Notes: generated by a model not told the origin, from the sequence alone. Shown: positions 41,301 through 52,471, numbered from the stretch's first letter. The stretch is DNA of 64,000 nt from Diadema antillarum (GCF_040938485.1 NW_027271069.1:992001-1056000), one strand, 5' to 3'. Numbers and translations: made by a program.

Positions 41301-44300
41301 TATATGGGTATAAAAGCACATTTTAAAAAATTAAAAAAAAAATTAAAAAAAAACTTATAGTACCTTGGCATTATACAAATTTCTCTTTCATATACAATTT
41401 CAGTCTACATAGATTTCTTGACTAATAGATTCTTTTTATGGTATTTTTGTTCTTTTTCTAGGTGTAAGAATAAGTGCCAGAAGCAGCTTTAGAAGTAACA
41501 AGAGGAAAGTCAAGAAAGTGATGTACCAGGCCAGACAGAATGAAGGTACGTTTCCTGGTACTTTGTAAGTGTGCAATCAGGGAGGTGGAAAGAGCCACCT
41601 CCCTGGTGCAATAATTGTGCTTGTCAAAGGTAAAGAAGAAACAAAAAAGGGAAGTTTAGTGTATCTGTATTTTCTCGTCATTAAATATGTGAGTTTGAAA
41701 TATACATGAAGCCTTTGCTCAAATTTTCTAGAGAGGGAGCATCCCCTTAAAATACATTGTCTAGACGTAGGATTAGTGTCTCAGCTTTGCAGAGCCGCTA
41801 GACAGGTCTGAAACTGGTGTAGACCCTCATACCCTTGTTTGATTAGACATGGCTTGTCATATATCCCCATGTGAATTCATATTCACATTGGATGGGGGTG
41901 AGGATTTGGGATGCAAACTGACACAGCCCAGGGCTGTAGATGCGGAAAGGTTGTGGAATTGACACTGTCGTATATTTTTGAGAGAAATTGTCAGAATTTG
42001 TCTGGAAAAACTGGTCACATGAACACCCTTCAATGCTCTTGATCATTAGCTGAGGTCATCAACATAGCCTTACATAGAGCCCTAAGATAGAAGCATTACT
42101 TTGAGAAAAGAAAGTGTGAATGTGTGCTAGTTTTCTGATTTAGTGAATTTTCAGTAGTTCTTGATTGTAAGATACCACAAGAGCATGTAATAGACCCTGT
42201 AAATTCCAGGTCAAATCAATGAAAATTAAGTAACTATGAAAATACATGTTTTTTAATATTTTCGAAATATTGGTGAATGATATAGATAAACAATGTAAAA
42301 ATTATCATTTTTAACTATATTTTTAATTACATTTTTTAAACTATATATATAATGAATTGACGTGCGCAGCAAATTCACTTTAATGAGGTTTTCATTGTGT
42401 ATATCATTTGTAGAAAAGTATATGATGCAATTCATAAAGTCTTTTTATGAATCAGAAAGCGTTTTCCTGCTGCGTCAGTAACTACAGATGAATACTTGTA
42501 CCTTTGTGAATGATAACATGTCCTCTCTGATCTGAATATTGTCCTGAAGATTACGACACAGAGGAGGTTGTTACCTACGAGGAAGTCTCCCTCTACAAGG
42601 CTAGTCCATCAAGGCCCAGGCCCATTGTGCTTATTGGTAAGTGGAGGTGCAGAGACATGAGGGGCCCTGTGTCACTCATTGGTCAAATAAGGCACAGGTC
42701 CAGTGCTGGTAGACTTACTGCTTCAAGGATTCAGTTTGAGCCAAGGGGCATTATAATGTCACCTCAGACAAGGCCTAAAACTTATATCCTCAGCGGACAA
42801 CTTTGTCGGACGAAATGCTTCCTGAAATGCCCCCAGGTCAAATACAACCATTGCTCAGATATGGCCCAATACCATAGATTGTTTGGTCAAGGCCCAGAAC
42901 ACTGTACTGATTGTAAGTTGAGCCTTGGAGCCATTGCTGAACCGATGATTGCTTAGTCAATGCTTAGGTGCATTATGTCCAACACAAATCCTTCTCAGCA
43001 GGACTTTGTCTATTTACTGTATTTACTGCTATGTTTACACCAATATGTACATACAAAAACTTAAAATTTCCTGGTGATGAGGTATGTCACTGCATTTACT
43101 CAAATAGCTCTTGAACCATGTACCAGAAAGCATCTCATTGTTATTTCATTTCAGCCATTCATTAACCCCATGAATTGACTTTCAGTTTCAAAAATTGCAT
43201 TCACTGTATTTGCCAGATTTTCAAAGTGGCATTGTGAAATGTGCATGCAGTAATGTCAAACAAATAGAATTTTGTTACACATGTTAATATAGGAAAGAAG
43301 ATGACTCAGTTGGCCCAAAGTTGGTTCTTCTTCTTAATCTACAAATTAAGACATTCCCTGACATGTTGCATTGTAAAAAAAAGAAATAAATAAGAAAAGA
43401 AAAAAAAAGAAGTTCATACCTATAAGACTGATGCGGAACTATTGTCATTTTATTAACTCTTATTATCTTTTAGGTCCACCTGGCGTGGGACGCAATGAGT
43501 TAAAGAGGAGACTGCTCGCCTGTGATCCTGATACCTTTGGAAGTGCAATCCCCCGTAAGTTACAGTGCCTTTTATATCATTTTCTTTCTTTTCAAATCAG
43601 AAGCATGAGGGTGAAACAGTGCCTCTGATCTAAGAATATCACTGTCCCACTTTATTTTATAATAGGCAGTGTTAGAGTTATGTGGTAATGATGCATATAT
43701 TTCAGAGCGGGAGCATAGATATATTCTCCCCTGCACTCTGTGGGTTGTTAATGTGATATTCTTGGAAGGTTTCAGTTTTGAAATTGAACAGGGAAACACA
43801 ATGCCAGAGATGTGGGATTAAATTTTGCTCAATCATGATGAAGGGATTGTATTGTGCAAATGATTGTCTTTCTTTTCTGGCAGTTCGGAGAAATGCACAT
43901 ACTTCAAAGAGAAAAGTATATAATCTCAAACCAATTTGTCTGACTTTCACAGATTTGAGGGGAATTTAAGTCTAGTTAGATGATAGTTGCCAAAAGGGTT
44001 AGCAGTCGCAAAGTGAAATATTTGGTAATTAAGGGTAAGTTGCTAAGTATCAAGCGAAAGAAAGAGTATTTGCAAAGATAGTTTTACATTTGAAGAGATT
44101 AAAGGTTTGTAGAGCTGTAACCTCCTGTTATGTTATTATCATCCCCAAATGATGAAAGTTTTCTGTATGATGCTAAAGTGTTTATCATTTGTTGCATGTT
44201 GCGACTGCAGACACCTCGAGGCCAAGACGGATCATGGAAGAAGATGGCACCGAATATTACTTCATCTCCCGCGATGTCATGGAGACCGCCATTCAGGAAA

Positions 44301-45435
44301 ACCGCCTCATCGAGTACGGGGAGTACAAGGGTCATCTCTATGGCACCAGTATCCTAGCAACCAAGAGACTGGTCGATGAAGGTCGGACGTGCTTGCTGTG
44401 TGTGCATCCACAGGTAGGATAATTGTACTCTGGGAATCTTAAAAGTACCAGACATTTGATTTCTGCATGATGCCTACACCTTCAGATAGGATGATATTGC
44501 TTTGAGAATCATACAGATTCCAGACATTTGATTTTGATTTCTGCATCTACAATATTATAGATGCCAACACCTGCATTGGCCAGCGATTGAAGAGAATTTC
44601 TTTAATTATTGTCTTTTTCTGAGATCTGTGTGATGACAGACACCTATGAAAATTGCAAAGCACTGAAGTATATTAACAATCCTGATTGGGATATCTACTG
44701 AAATGCAACTAATTCAAGATGACCTTGTGCAACTTGAAGTACAAACAGAAATATGTACAAAATGCCTTTGATTTTTATACCTGGTTCTGTGCAACATAGC
44801 TTATTGCTCAGCCAGGATAACCAGAGATAACTGCCACAGGTACTATTTGCAACATGCAATTCTACTATTCTTTAAACAAAAAAAAAAAAAAGAATGTAGG
44901 CATATCTCATAGGTTTTTTAGACAAATCTTACATACATCTTACATACATAGTTATCTGAGATGCCATTTGAACAGAGTGGGGTTTTCGTGTGTGTGTTTG
45001 TTTGTTTGTACTTTTGTGAATCTTGTATTTTGCCTGTCTTCCATTAAAGTTTGTCTGCTTCACCTTTCACTGACTGTGATGTGTTGTCTCTTGCAGGCCC
45101 TAAAGATCTTAAAGAACTCTGGACTGAAGCCTTACGTCATATACGTCAAACCGCCCTCGCTTGATGCCTTGCGTGCCACGAGAATGTCGCAGAAAGCCAT
45201 GGTGACTGTAGAGAAGACGCACACGAGACCCTTCATGGTATGTTGTGATGCTGGAGACTTTACTGTGCCCTCAGTTTAAAAGGATGGTATAGTATTGGTT
45301 GAGATGAGGATTCAGCTTATAACTTTTTGCGAGATACTAGAAACTACTTTATGACATGTTAAAAAGCATACAATTCTAAGTGGAATTCAACGTTTATTTG
45401 ATGAAAAGCAGTTTTGCAGTGGCTGAGATATAATG

Positions 45436-45493
<58 letters not shown>

Positions 45494-46046
45494 GTAACAC
45501 CTTATATAGCACTAAATACTGACGTTTCTAAGTGCATTGATACGGAAAGAATATTAAAACAAAATACAGCATTATGTACTTATGATATAACAACAACAAC
45601 AAAATTAGGATTGAGTAAATAGATAAGTTTTCAGCAATGATTTATCCAAAAACAAAGTAAAACAAAACAATCCTAATAAAGGTGGGTTCCATCGATTGAA
45701 GATCAATTCTCTCTCCCATGCTACCAGGTCTTTAATTGCAGTTTAAGGCGGTTATATCAGTAATGTGAGGATGAGAAGTTGGTACAGAGTGCAAATTACC
45801 AGCTTCTGAAAAAAGATTGAGAATGTACTCATCAGTTGGATGCTTTCACTTCTCCGCTTTGCCTTTCAGGACGAGGACCTCGTGAACATGATCCAGGTCG
45901 GTAGGCGCATGGAGACGATGTACCAACATTACTTCGACTACACCATCGTCAACGACAACCTGCAGCGAACGTTCATGGAGCTCAAATCGGTCATCTCGCG
46001 AGTCCAGACGCAGGAGCAGTGGGTGCCGAGCAAGTGGCTGAGATAG
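2170..46046 (+). CDS. MPP7: MAGUK p55 subfamily member 7-like scaffold (L27-PDZ-SH3-HOOK-GK), 5'-partial, spliced
   Basis: Hand-joined exons 2170-2247, 11228-11458, 13955-14036, 20149-20234, 34842-34916, [37898-37990 optional], 39329-39525, 40430-40509, 41462-41545, 42550-42636, 43474-43554, 44211-44413, 45097-45237, 45870-46046. All introns are GT-AG, phases match, and the open frame is 533 aa (564 with the optional exon). PDZ '[47 protein letters not shown]', SH3 '[36 protein letters not shown]' and GK '[49 protein letters not shown]' resemble vertebrate MPP7 as I recall it. Orthology within MPP2-7 needs a phylogeny. Confidence 0.93.
3186..3283 (+). repeat. Dispersed repeat 3' end (copy 2)
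   Basis: Same family as 945-1041. Confidence 0.7.
6207..6283 (+). mobile_element. tRNA-derived SINE head (Pol III A and B boxes)
   Basis: A box TGGTCTAGTGG at 6217-6227, B box GGTTCGAATCC at 6261-6271; no closing acceptor stem, so not a tRNA gene. Confidence 0.65.
6926..7486. mobile_element. Kolobok-like MITE (TTAA AGG...CCT TTAA)
   Basis: TIR tttaaaggtagggaatccc / ggtatcccctacctttaaa; TTAA target with RR...YY termini. Confidence 0.7.
7483..7874. mobile_element. Kolobok-like MITE, ~390 bp with long imperfect TIRs
   Basis: ttaaagggtgtgtacagttctggtcgaggtgaggatt / aatccccacctcaaccagtactgtacagtccctttaa; internal inverted blocks; related copies at 45276-45686 and ~56110-56350. Confidence 0.85.
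7975..8058. mobile_element. piggyBac-like mini-MITE copy
   Basis: ttaacgcattaaagactag...atagcaaaatcagttcgtcctcaacgggttaa. Confidence 0.7.
9891..10144. mobile_element. TA-flanked MITE (TA CTGTAAAA...TTTTACAG TA), Tc1/mariner-type target site
   Basis: Terminal inverted tactgtaaaa / ttttacagta with CGCGAAA-rich subterminal motifs. Confidence 0.75.
10923..11133. mobile_element. TA-flanked MITE (same family as 39629-39839, reverse orientation)
   Basis: gcattttaatttc...gcgaatatttcttgttttacagta; ends ~95 nt upstream of the exon at 11228. Confidence 0.75.
11228..11458 (+). CDS. MPP7: MPP7-like exon (L27C and PDZ start; VCEELQ...KSVEPL), phase 0-0
   Basis: ttttcgtacag| acceptor, |gtgaga donor; high GC3; L27-like [22 protein letters not shown]. 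Confidence 0.95.
13955..14036 (+). CDS. MPP7: MPP7-like exon (PDZ; [27 protein letters not shown]), phase 0-1
   Basis: tcatgtag| acceptor, |gtgagt donor; not in the ORF track, read directly from sequence. Confidence 0.95.
16903..17098. mobile_element. TA-flanked MITE copy
   Basis: tactgttatgttcgcgtgcattttaatttcg...cacgaaaatatcgtgtttaaacagta; aligns to 10923-11133. Confidence 0.75.
20149..20234 (+). CDS. MPP7: MPP7-like exon (PDZ; [29 protein letters not shown]), phase 1-0
   Basis: catctgcag| acceptor, |gtgagt donor. Confidence 0.95.
21640..21757 (+). repeat. Compound microsatellite (CT)n + (GATA/AATA)n
   Basis: Visible directly. Confidence 0.95.
24573..24703. repeat. Degenerate (TAACCC)n telomere-like tract within a dispersed repeat ending ...gcaaggagcaaatgttgtgtcacc
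   Basis: taaccctaatcctaatcctaa...cttaaccctaaccctaaatc; the terminal motif recurs inverted at ~57226-57250 (gacttttgctcctgcgaca). Confidence 0.6.
26212..26304. mobile_element. piggyBac-like mini-MITE copy
   Basis: ttaacccattgaggatgagctgattttgc...tttcaacgggttaa. Confidence 0.8.
26301..26877. mobile_element. Kolobok-like MITE with ~160-bp TIRs
   Basis: ttaaaggacaagttcaccttcataaacataaggattgaga... / ...tctcaatccttatgtttatgaaggtgaacttgtcctttaa; near-perfect long TIRs. Confidence 0.88.
27463..27555. mobile_element. piggyBac-like mini-MITE copy
   Basis: ttaactcattgaggatggactg...ctcgtcctcaacgggttaa. Confidence 0.82.
27894..28107. mobile_element. TA-flanked MITE
   Basis: tactgtaaaagtggaaattttcgcg / cgcgaaaatatccacttttacagta. 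Confidence 0.85.
28542..28600 (+). repeat. 17-bp minisatellite (aaaacaacaggagac) x about 3.5
   Basis: Visible directly. Confidence 0.9.
34842..34916 (+). CDS. MPP7: MPP7-like exon (PDZ end; [25 protein letters not shown]), phase 0-0
   Basis: ttttccctctcttcctgaaag| acceptor, |gtaagg donor; last PDZ strand ITFKLIP; follows a 14.6-kb intron. Confidence 0.92.
36054..36089 (+). repeat. (TCT)n microsatellite
   Basis: Visible directly. Confidence 0.9.
36843..37540. mobile_element. MITE with ~38-bp TIRs (ATATGTGACC...GGTCACATAT)
   Basis: atatgtgaccctgcacctcaaaacaaacaaaaagtcgc / gcgactttatgttcgttttgaggtgcacggtcacatat. Confidence 0.8.
37898..37990 (+). CDS. MPP7: Candidate cassette exon in the PDZ-SH3 linker ([31 protein letters not shown]), phase 0-0
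   Basis: Long C-rich pyrimidine tract then aatag|, 93 nt open in the required frame, GC-rich relative to flanks, AAG|gtttgt donor. No transcript evidence. Confidence 0.55.
39009..39267 (+). repeat. Degenerate minisatellite (~21/42-bp units, core aatggg(g)atggcaatcctagtgtga)
   Basis: Repeated ggcaatcctagtgtgaaatgggc and gctgtgtcactg motifs just upstream of the SH3 exon. Confidence 0.8.
39329..39525 (+). CDS. MPP7: MPP7-like exon (SH3 domain), phase 0-2
   Basis: ccgtgcag| acceptor, |gtcagt donor; [14 protein letters not shown]...WWQAKK...[11 protein letters not shown]. Confidence 0.96.
39629..39839. mobile_element. TA-flanked MITE
   Basis: tactgtaaaacattaaatattcgcg / cgcgaacatttctcattttacagta; CpG-rich, so probably a young copy. 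Confidence 0.85.
40430..40509 (+). CDS. MPP7: MPP7-like exon (HOOK; [27 protein letters not shown]), phase 2-1
   Basis: tttgttgctgcag| acceptor, |gtaagt donor; restores the ERR motif after SH3 and phases fit both neighbours. Confidence 0.85.
40700..40957 (-). mobile_element. tRNA-derived SINE with body
   Basis: Minus strand: A box TGGCTTAGTTGG (40942-40953), B box GGTTCAAGTCC (40888-40898), then a SINE-like body (ctctgtccctcagataggacataaaatggagatccc...gcacgtaaaggaccc...aaagagcaggg). Confidence 0.65.
41462..41545 (+). CDS. MPP7: MPP7-like exon (basic HOOK; [28 protein letters not shown]), phase 1-1
   Basis: ttctttttctag| acceptor, |gtacgt donor; Lys/Arg-rich HOOK typical of p55 MAGUKs. Confidence 0.9.
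42550..42636 (+). CDS. MPP7: MPP7-like exon ([13 protein letters not shown]...RPIVLI), phase 1-1
   Basis: tcctgaag| acceptor, |gtaagt donor; conserved TYEEV motif preceding GK. Confidence 0.93.
43474..43554 (+). CDS. MPP7: MPP7-like exon (GK degenerate P-loop [15 protein letters not shown]), phase 1-1
   Basis: ttatcttttag| acceptor, |gtaagt donor. The GxxGxGK lysine is replaced (GVGRN), as expected for catalytically inactive MAGUK GK domains. Confidence 0.95.
44211..44413 (+). CDS. MPP7: MPP7-like exon (GK; HTSRPRR...CVHPQ), phase 1-0
   Basis: gactgcag| acceptor, |gtagga donor. Confidence 0.96.
45097..45237 (+). CDS. MPP7: MPP7-like exon (GK; [21 protein letters not shown]...RPFM), phase 0-0
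   Basis: ttgtctcttgcag| acceptor, |gtatgt donor. Confidence 0.95.
45276..45686. mobile_element. Truncated copy of the 7483-7874 MITE, interrupted by a LINE tail
   Basis: 45276-45431 and 45644-45686 rejoin as ...ggctgagatat|ccaaaaacaaag...cctaataaag. Confidence 0.75.
45432..45643 (-). mobile_element. 5'-truncated L2/Crack-type LINE 3' end with (ATT)n tail
   Basis: Minus strand encodes KSLLKTYLF (ORF2 C-terminus), then ...gtgctatataag... and about 20 ATT units (45432-45493). Confidence 0.7.
45870..46046 (+). CDS. MPP7: MPP7-like terminal coding exon (DEDL...QWVPSKWLR*)
   Basis: ccgctttgcctttcag| acceptor; p55-family WVPxxW C-terminus and TAG stop. Confidence 0.96.
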   Translation, partial: DEDLVNMIQVGRRMETMYQHYFDYTIVNDNLQRTFMELKSVISRVQTQEQWVPSKWLR

Positions 46047-49000
46047 ACCAAAAAAAAAAAGAAGTCTCTTCACCGTTGACCTGGAACCTTTTCCCACAAT
46101 GAAAGTCTACCATAGTCCTAGTCCCGCTTGTTAGTTCCTAGGCTGTCATGTGTAATTATGTGAAAGTTAACCATTCTTAGGCAACGATTTTGATCTGATG
46201 TTTCCCCTTAAGCCTTTGCCTGTGCACACATTGTTAAGAAAATATGCATCGCTCTGCATGTCAGTGGCCTAACTGCTGTGGCAATTTTGTGTTTCAGAAT
46301 GAAATGACTATGTGTTAGTATAAACTGACTCTTGTCTTCTTATACACAAGTGCCATGGGGGAAAAAAAAAGAGAGAGAATTCTGAAGTTCCCGCTCCTAA
46401 TATCCAAGAACTGCTCAAGTGAACAAGAAGAAGACAGAGTAGAAGCTCATTTGTATTTTGTAGTGAGATCAAAAGTTCAAGAAGAAGACTGTCTTTATGC
46501 GCTGAGAATAGACTGGGTCTACTGGATGTGCCCCTATAGCGTCACACACATAATGCTGTGCAGTATTCCAGCATACCCAGAAAATAGTATATGGATCAGT
46601 GATCAATTGTTCGTATTTATGACAGATATTATTTTGCAATAATCTTTGAATGTATGTAGCATACAGATTGTACCCTATATAGCCAGATTAACCTTCTCGG
46701 GGCTTCATGGTTAATTGCATTGACTGTGATACAGAATAGCATAGTTCTTTTGTGTTCAACTTATGACAGTTTGTGCTAGTGGCTTTGATGTTTAGACCGT
46801 GTCGTCATGTTTGCATAAGAGGCCAGGGGAATGAATGATGGTAGCGATGACAGTGTCTTAATATGCAAACCTTTCTTCCAAGTTAACCAAAGCACTCAGT
46901 AAGCTGCTATATTTTACCAAGGCATTGAGAAGGTTTTATGGCACACTGAGTGTTGGTCACTTGTAGTACTCGACAGCTATTATTAGACTCTGCCCACTGC
47001 TTTCATCACGTGATATTGGCAGCTCTTCTTGTATGGAATCCATTCACTCCCAAGTTAGAAAGCGTAACACAAGCAAACTGAAAATTACGGTGTGATTCAA
47101 ATTGTTTATTTACACAAGGACATGAAGTGTTGCATTCAAGACGACCATCTCAGAATATTGTCTTAGTGTGACAGTAAGTTGATGACATGAGCAAGCCTTT
47201 GCATCAAAGACCATTTTGCAGTAGATTTAGAGCAAAAATGTTTTATCTGTATAGTGGAATGGATATACCATAACACAGTCAAGGGATAGACTTGATGTAT
47301 CGTTACCAAGGCAACAGATGTTGTATGTGTGTGAAGAAGTTTCCTATGACACTGTAACTGCAAGAGAAATAGTTTGAGAGGTTATTGCCAATATCAGAAT
47401 GAGCAATGTAGGATGTGCATGCGCTACTTACCAATAGGCCAACATCTTTTCTTTTTGTCATAGATACATCATATATCTCATGGCTGCTGTGAATCAGAAA
47501 ACAACAATCATAGTCAAGATTTATCACATAACTGAATTTGCATAATCACTACCCAATTCATCTTCGGTGATCATACAATTCATCTTTCCGTATTTTCAGT
47601 AATATGTGATGTATCTCACTGCTGTTGTGAGTCCATAAGAACCATCATAGTCAACATTATATTTATATCAAGCAACTGAATTGTCTTGATTATTACCCTT
47701 GCAAACACAGTTAGTCATGCAGTGCAATTAAGCTGGAGGAAGACACTTCATAGAACTGTAATCATAATTTCTGCCTTTGTGCAAGATGATGTTGATATGA
47801 TGTACATTATGAAAGTGCCTGGTAACATTTAAACAAGGAGCAACAGCGTCATTGTAACTAGTAAAATAAAAGCCCATCCTTCCCAAATTTGCATTAATAT
47901 CCTTTAAGTCATAGACCTCCTGATCTACAAGCATAAAAGTGAAAAGTGTTCTTCTGTGTGTTCATAATGTTGGATATGTGTGTGGGCCAGGGTTACTCAC
48001 ATGAGCCAATGCTCTTTGATGCCAACACATCAAATATTCATTGGTTAGGAAAATCACCCCAAATTTATTGGTTCATAGAAAACAAAGACGATACTGAGGT
48101 TGTGTATAAATCTAAATTAGAAAAGGGTGCGCAGAAAGACCCCTTCTTCCAAGGCCCAGGAGATGATTCTTGACCACGCCCACTGTGTGATGTACTCTCA
48201 GGCAAAGATCCTACTCCTTGCCAGCTCCTGATGTGTGCAGCGCTGCATTAGTCATGATCCTGTCATTGAAATAGACCTAGTGTGAGTAGAACTCGCCGGA
48301 CCAGGGTAGGCTTTGATGTCGAGTCAGCTGCTAGGCTCGCTTCCCCCTGTCTTAATGTGTATTCAAGAGTGCATATAATGCCTGGATGTGTAATCAGTCA
48401 GTCCGTCAAAATATCATTTATTAATCCAGCTACATAGGTATGCATTCTCAGCGGCACATGTTTACCAGTATGTCCCAGAAAGGCCCACCTGCTTTTCCCC
48501 TTAATGTAGTGGCAGTAGTTGATAGCACAACTCACATTGTTTTCACATGTAAGTTTGCCTGTTCATACTTAAAAACCATTGCATGCCTAGATGTGTGGAA
48601 TGCTGGTTAGTGGACGATCTGAGTTGCCAATATGTGGCTTATGACATATAAATCATGAACTTAACCTGTGCATAATTTTGTATACACAGAAAAATGATAT
48701 ATGATATAGCTATATGAAGCATTTTAATGTGTAATATCTGTATGTATATTGTTGGTGCATATGCTAGAAAATGTTGATATGTGTGTACATGGGAGTGAAA
48801 CTCTGCTGGTGTTATTGATGTTGTTTTAATGAGTTAAGAGTAAGGTGTGGGCGGAGATAAGCCTTTGCTGCATGACAGGCTTCCTATACCTTCTTTATAG
48901 TCATCAAGGTATCTGCTGTGTCATGGACTTGTGATGTTATTGCACTGCCATGTAGTATTCAGTATTTGTTTTCCTGGGGCGTCTTGCCTCAAATGAAATC

Positions 49001-52000
49001 TCTAATAGAGTCAATAGTATCCACATTATTGGCATATTATTAAGTAAATTTTGATTGACTTTAATTAGGGAAGGGTGTCCATGCACTCTTACCAACATCC
49101 ATAAAATTCAGGATCAAGAAATGTCTCTGCTTGCATTTTGATACAGTACAAAAAATTATCTGTGAGTTCTTACTGTAGTCCAGTTGAGCTCACGTTATTA
49201 TTCCATATTTGTTAAGTGAAGGTGAAAAAATCTGATCAGGTGGATAGAATTTTCAGAGGAGAAACATCAAGGATGCTTGCTCATTTCCAAATGAAATCAT
49301 AGAAATTGAAATTAAGCACAGTTACCATTTTTTTTTTTTTGCAGTAATTATATGACTCTTCGTTTTCATCAAGATATGCCTTTAACTAGTGCTATTGATA
49401 TGCCAAACACAACAAACTTAAATGTACTGATGCATTGCCATAGGTTTTGTTAATTATGTGTAAAGTGCACACTGTCATTCTTGATAAAAGTTAGGTGCCT
49501 TTTCATTATAGTTGTAATTTACCAAGGGGGGAAAAAAAGTATATGGTAATATTCAAGGAAACATGGTGTCAAGGTGCCTGGTATGCAAGGAATGTTACAA
49601 GTCTCCATCAAACATTTTGTTAGATAAGATCTTAGCTTCATATTTGATATACAAATGAGAGGTAGAGTTGATGCTTCAGATAATTTTCTTAAAAGAATGA
49701 ATTTCTCAAGCAGTTGCATCATGGAAAATGTTTCATTTATGTTTTAGTCAGTGTACAGCACTACAATGTCGCTTGATAGGCAAAGTTATCTGTGGCAAAT
49801 GTTTACCTGATGACTTTGCTAGGACATATTATTTATTTCAAGCATTGATACACCAGTAGCAAATCTGTATACTGTCTGCTGACATTCATCCTGTTTGTTT
49901 TATGCAAATCAATGATTCTGCTTTGTATATTTTGTAATTGTTTGCAGTTTTTGTTCACTTTTAGCCTTTTTGTTTTGTATGTTTTTGTCTAGTATGTATG
50001 GTACAGAAAGCAACTGTCTTTTAAAAGTGTAATACAATTTGATAGTATTATCATATAATTTATTGATATATTTAAAATTGATATGCTACTAATTTACACA
50101 GAAGCCCATTTATTTTACAGTCAGTTGATGCAGTTTTGTTATGATAAGACTAACAGAGCAGGAACACTCAGAATGGATATAATTGCTCATTCACTTGTGT
50201 AAAAATTGTCCATATTTCACAACTAGATATTGTCATGTATTCCATGGCTAGACTGTAGTGTGTGGGCATGTCTTCATTGATATGTTACTGTAACTCCTCT
50301 TGTCCATTTAATAGTTGAGAATAATTTAGATCATTCCCTTTTCAATTTTGTGAATACTGGGTAGTAAAACATAAAAGTTGTATTCATGTAGTATTTCTAA
50401 AATATAGCAGAATACCTGTGACCAGTCATATGATTAATCTGTCCATCCCATACTTCAGTTTGTATTTGACTCAGCTGGTAGTTTTACAAACATGACAACT
50501 TCCATTGTGCGGAGATAAGCATTTTGCATGGTCTGTTCATGGAGGTACATAGCTCTATGGCTTGACCCCACATATGTCCCTTTCAATGCTTATTGTGACC
50601 TTTCAATGCTTATTGTGACAGTTTGATCTTTACGGGATATTAATCAAACCATGAAGTAAGCAGTGCCTGTACAGTGATGTCATATCACAAATTTAAAATT
50701 TAAGTGGGAATGAAAACAAGGAGGGCCAAATATGTTTCCTTTTAAAGCATTTGCTGCTTTGAGAATATATGAAATAACATACTAAAATTTATAGATCTAA
50801 TCTGGACTCCTTGTTTTTCTTCTATTTTTCCTCCCTCTCAGTCTTCTGCTTTGTTTGTTTGGTTGTTGTTGTTTTTTTTTTAAACCTGATGTCTCCAAAT
50901 TTCAATCAACAATGTAATTTTACATGTCTCCGAGAAGACTTGTGTTGAAGTCAGCTGTATGTTTTACACCATACCAAGTTCAAACTGTTAGGTGTTGCTT
51001 ATCACTTTCTCTATTCATACTTGTAATTTGTGTTTTGTTGATACGCAGGAAGTAGAAGAATTTACATACAGGCATGAAACGGGCTGTAGCAATATTTTAC
51101 TTGTGAATTGTTTTTTAATTTGACAACAGTATTATTTACTGTGGTTTAGTATATACAAGACTTGTTGGACTGCTGCTCAGTTGTGTTTGGTTTTTTTTTA
51201 CATTCAATAGATGAACTTGTCAGGCTTTATATTTGAATAAATATTTTACGCAAAAATACTCTTAGCATTCTGGTGCATAGTCATGATTCCAAATTCAGCA
51301 CTGACCGAGTTTTAGTTCAAATTGTTGTATTCTTCAAACACTCCCTGTAGGCGATACAATTTGCTCTGAGTGCATATGCTTTACAGTATTTTAACATTTT
51401 CTCGCACCAGAAATGGCATTTAGGTAAACATTACCATTCATTGCAAACTACTGTCCATAGATATACTGAAATACATTTAATCATCATAAGTTTCAAGAGA
51501 CCTAGGTAATGGTAAAGCTACACACATGCATCACTGCTTACTGTCAGTTCTGTGTTATGAAAGCAATGTAACGTTTAGTTTGAAATACATGTATTCACAT
51601 TTCTTGCCTCTGTATTCAATTACAATTACCAAGAAAGAAAATGTGGTCGATTCAAACAAATAAAAAAAAAAGCAGAGACTTACGGCTTGCCAGGATGTAT
51701 GCAAGCAGTTATGCTATTTTGGCCAATATTATCTGTACACAGCTTCCGGGCAAACTTATGTCAGTATTAGTGGTCAAGTTCATAGAATTATTGAGAGATT
51801 CAACTTACAGTGGAGATGAGTGCCAATGGCACAGTCATTATTCATGTTGCAAATGCATCAGTCGAGATAAGTTTCTTTCACATTTAATTTCCGTGATGCA
51901 AAGTAATATTCCTGGTGCATTGTGAAGTGCTTTATGAGAAGAATGGTTGGAGATATGCACATTTTTTTTTTTTAAATCTCCCATCCTTATATTTGTACAG

Positions 52001-52300
52001 AGAAAGTGAGTATCGGCATTTGGATTTTTTGTTGTTGTCATGGAACAAATTATGAAATATGCTAGATGTACATTGCCATTGTAAGGCCCTGTGTGTACAT
52101 TCATTTCCATGTGCCCGATGCATTAGTGTAAGAAGTCATCACTTATATTATATCAATGTCAGTTGTCATGGATACAAATAAAATTATGCTCTAACACTGC
52201 GACTCTTCACCTAGAATGCTTGAGTGCTTATTCTGTACGGCATTCTGTAACTATGCACATAGCAGCTGCAATGAATATTAAAGTGAAAACATAGTTCTGG
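46047..52300 (+). other. Probable long 3' UTR of the MPP7-like gene
   Basis: AU/UG-rich and strongly CpG-depleted, with none of the MITE families seen in the introns. Candidate poly(A) signals: AATAAA at 51236, 51659 and 52177, ATTAAA at 52277. The end point is inferred. Confidence 0.45.
50581..50620 (+). repeat. 20-bp tandem duplication tttcaatgcttattgtgac(c/a)
   Basis: Visible directly. Confidence 0.9.
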
Positions 52301-52471
52301 GAAGGATTTGAGAACCCATCTTGCACCATTTCATATTTGCTTGAAATCCATCGAAAGTGTATGACCAAGAAACCTACGTGGATGAAGCGATTTGCCGGGA
52401 TGATGAGCTGTTTTGGAGTATTTTGAAATCTAAAATAAAAGTTGGTATACCGACTTTTATTCCAGTAGGAT

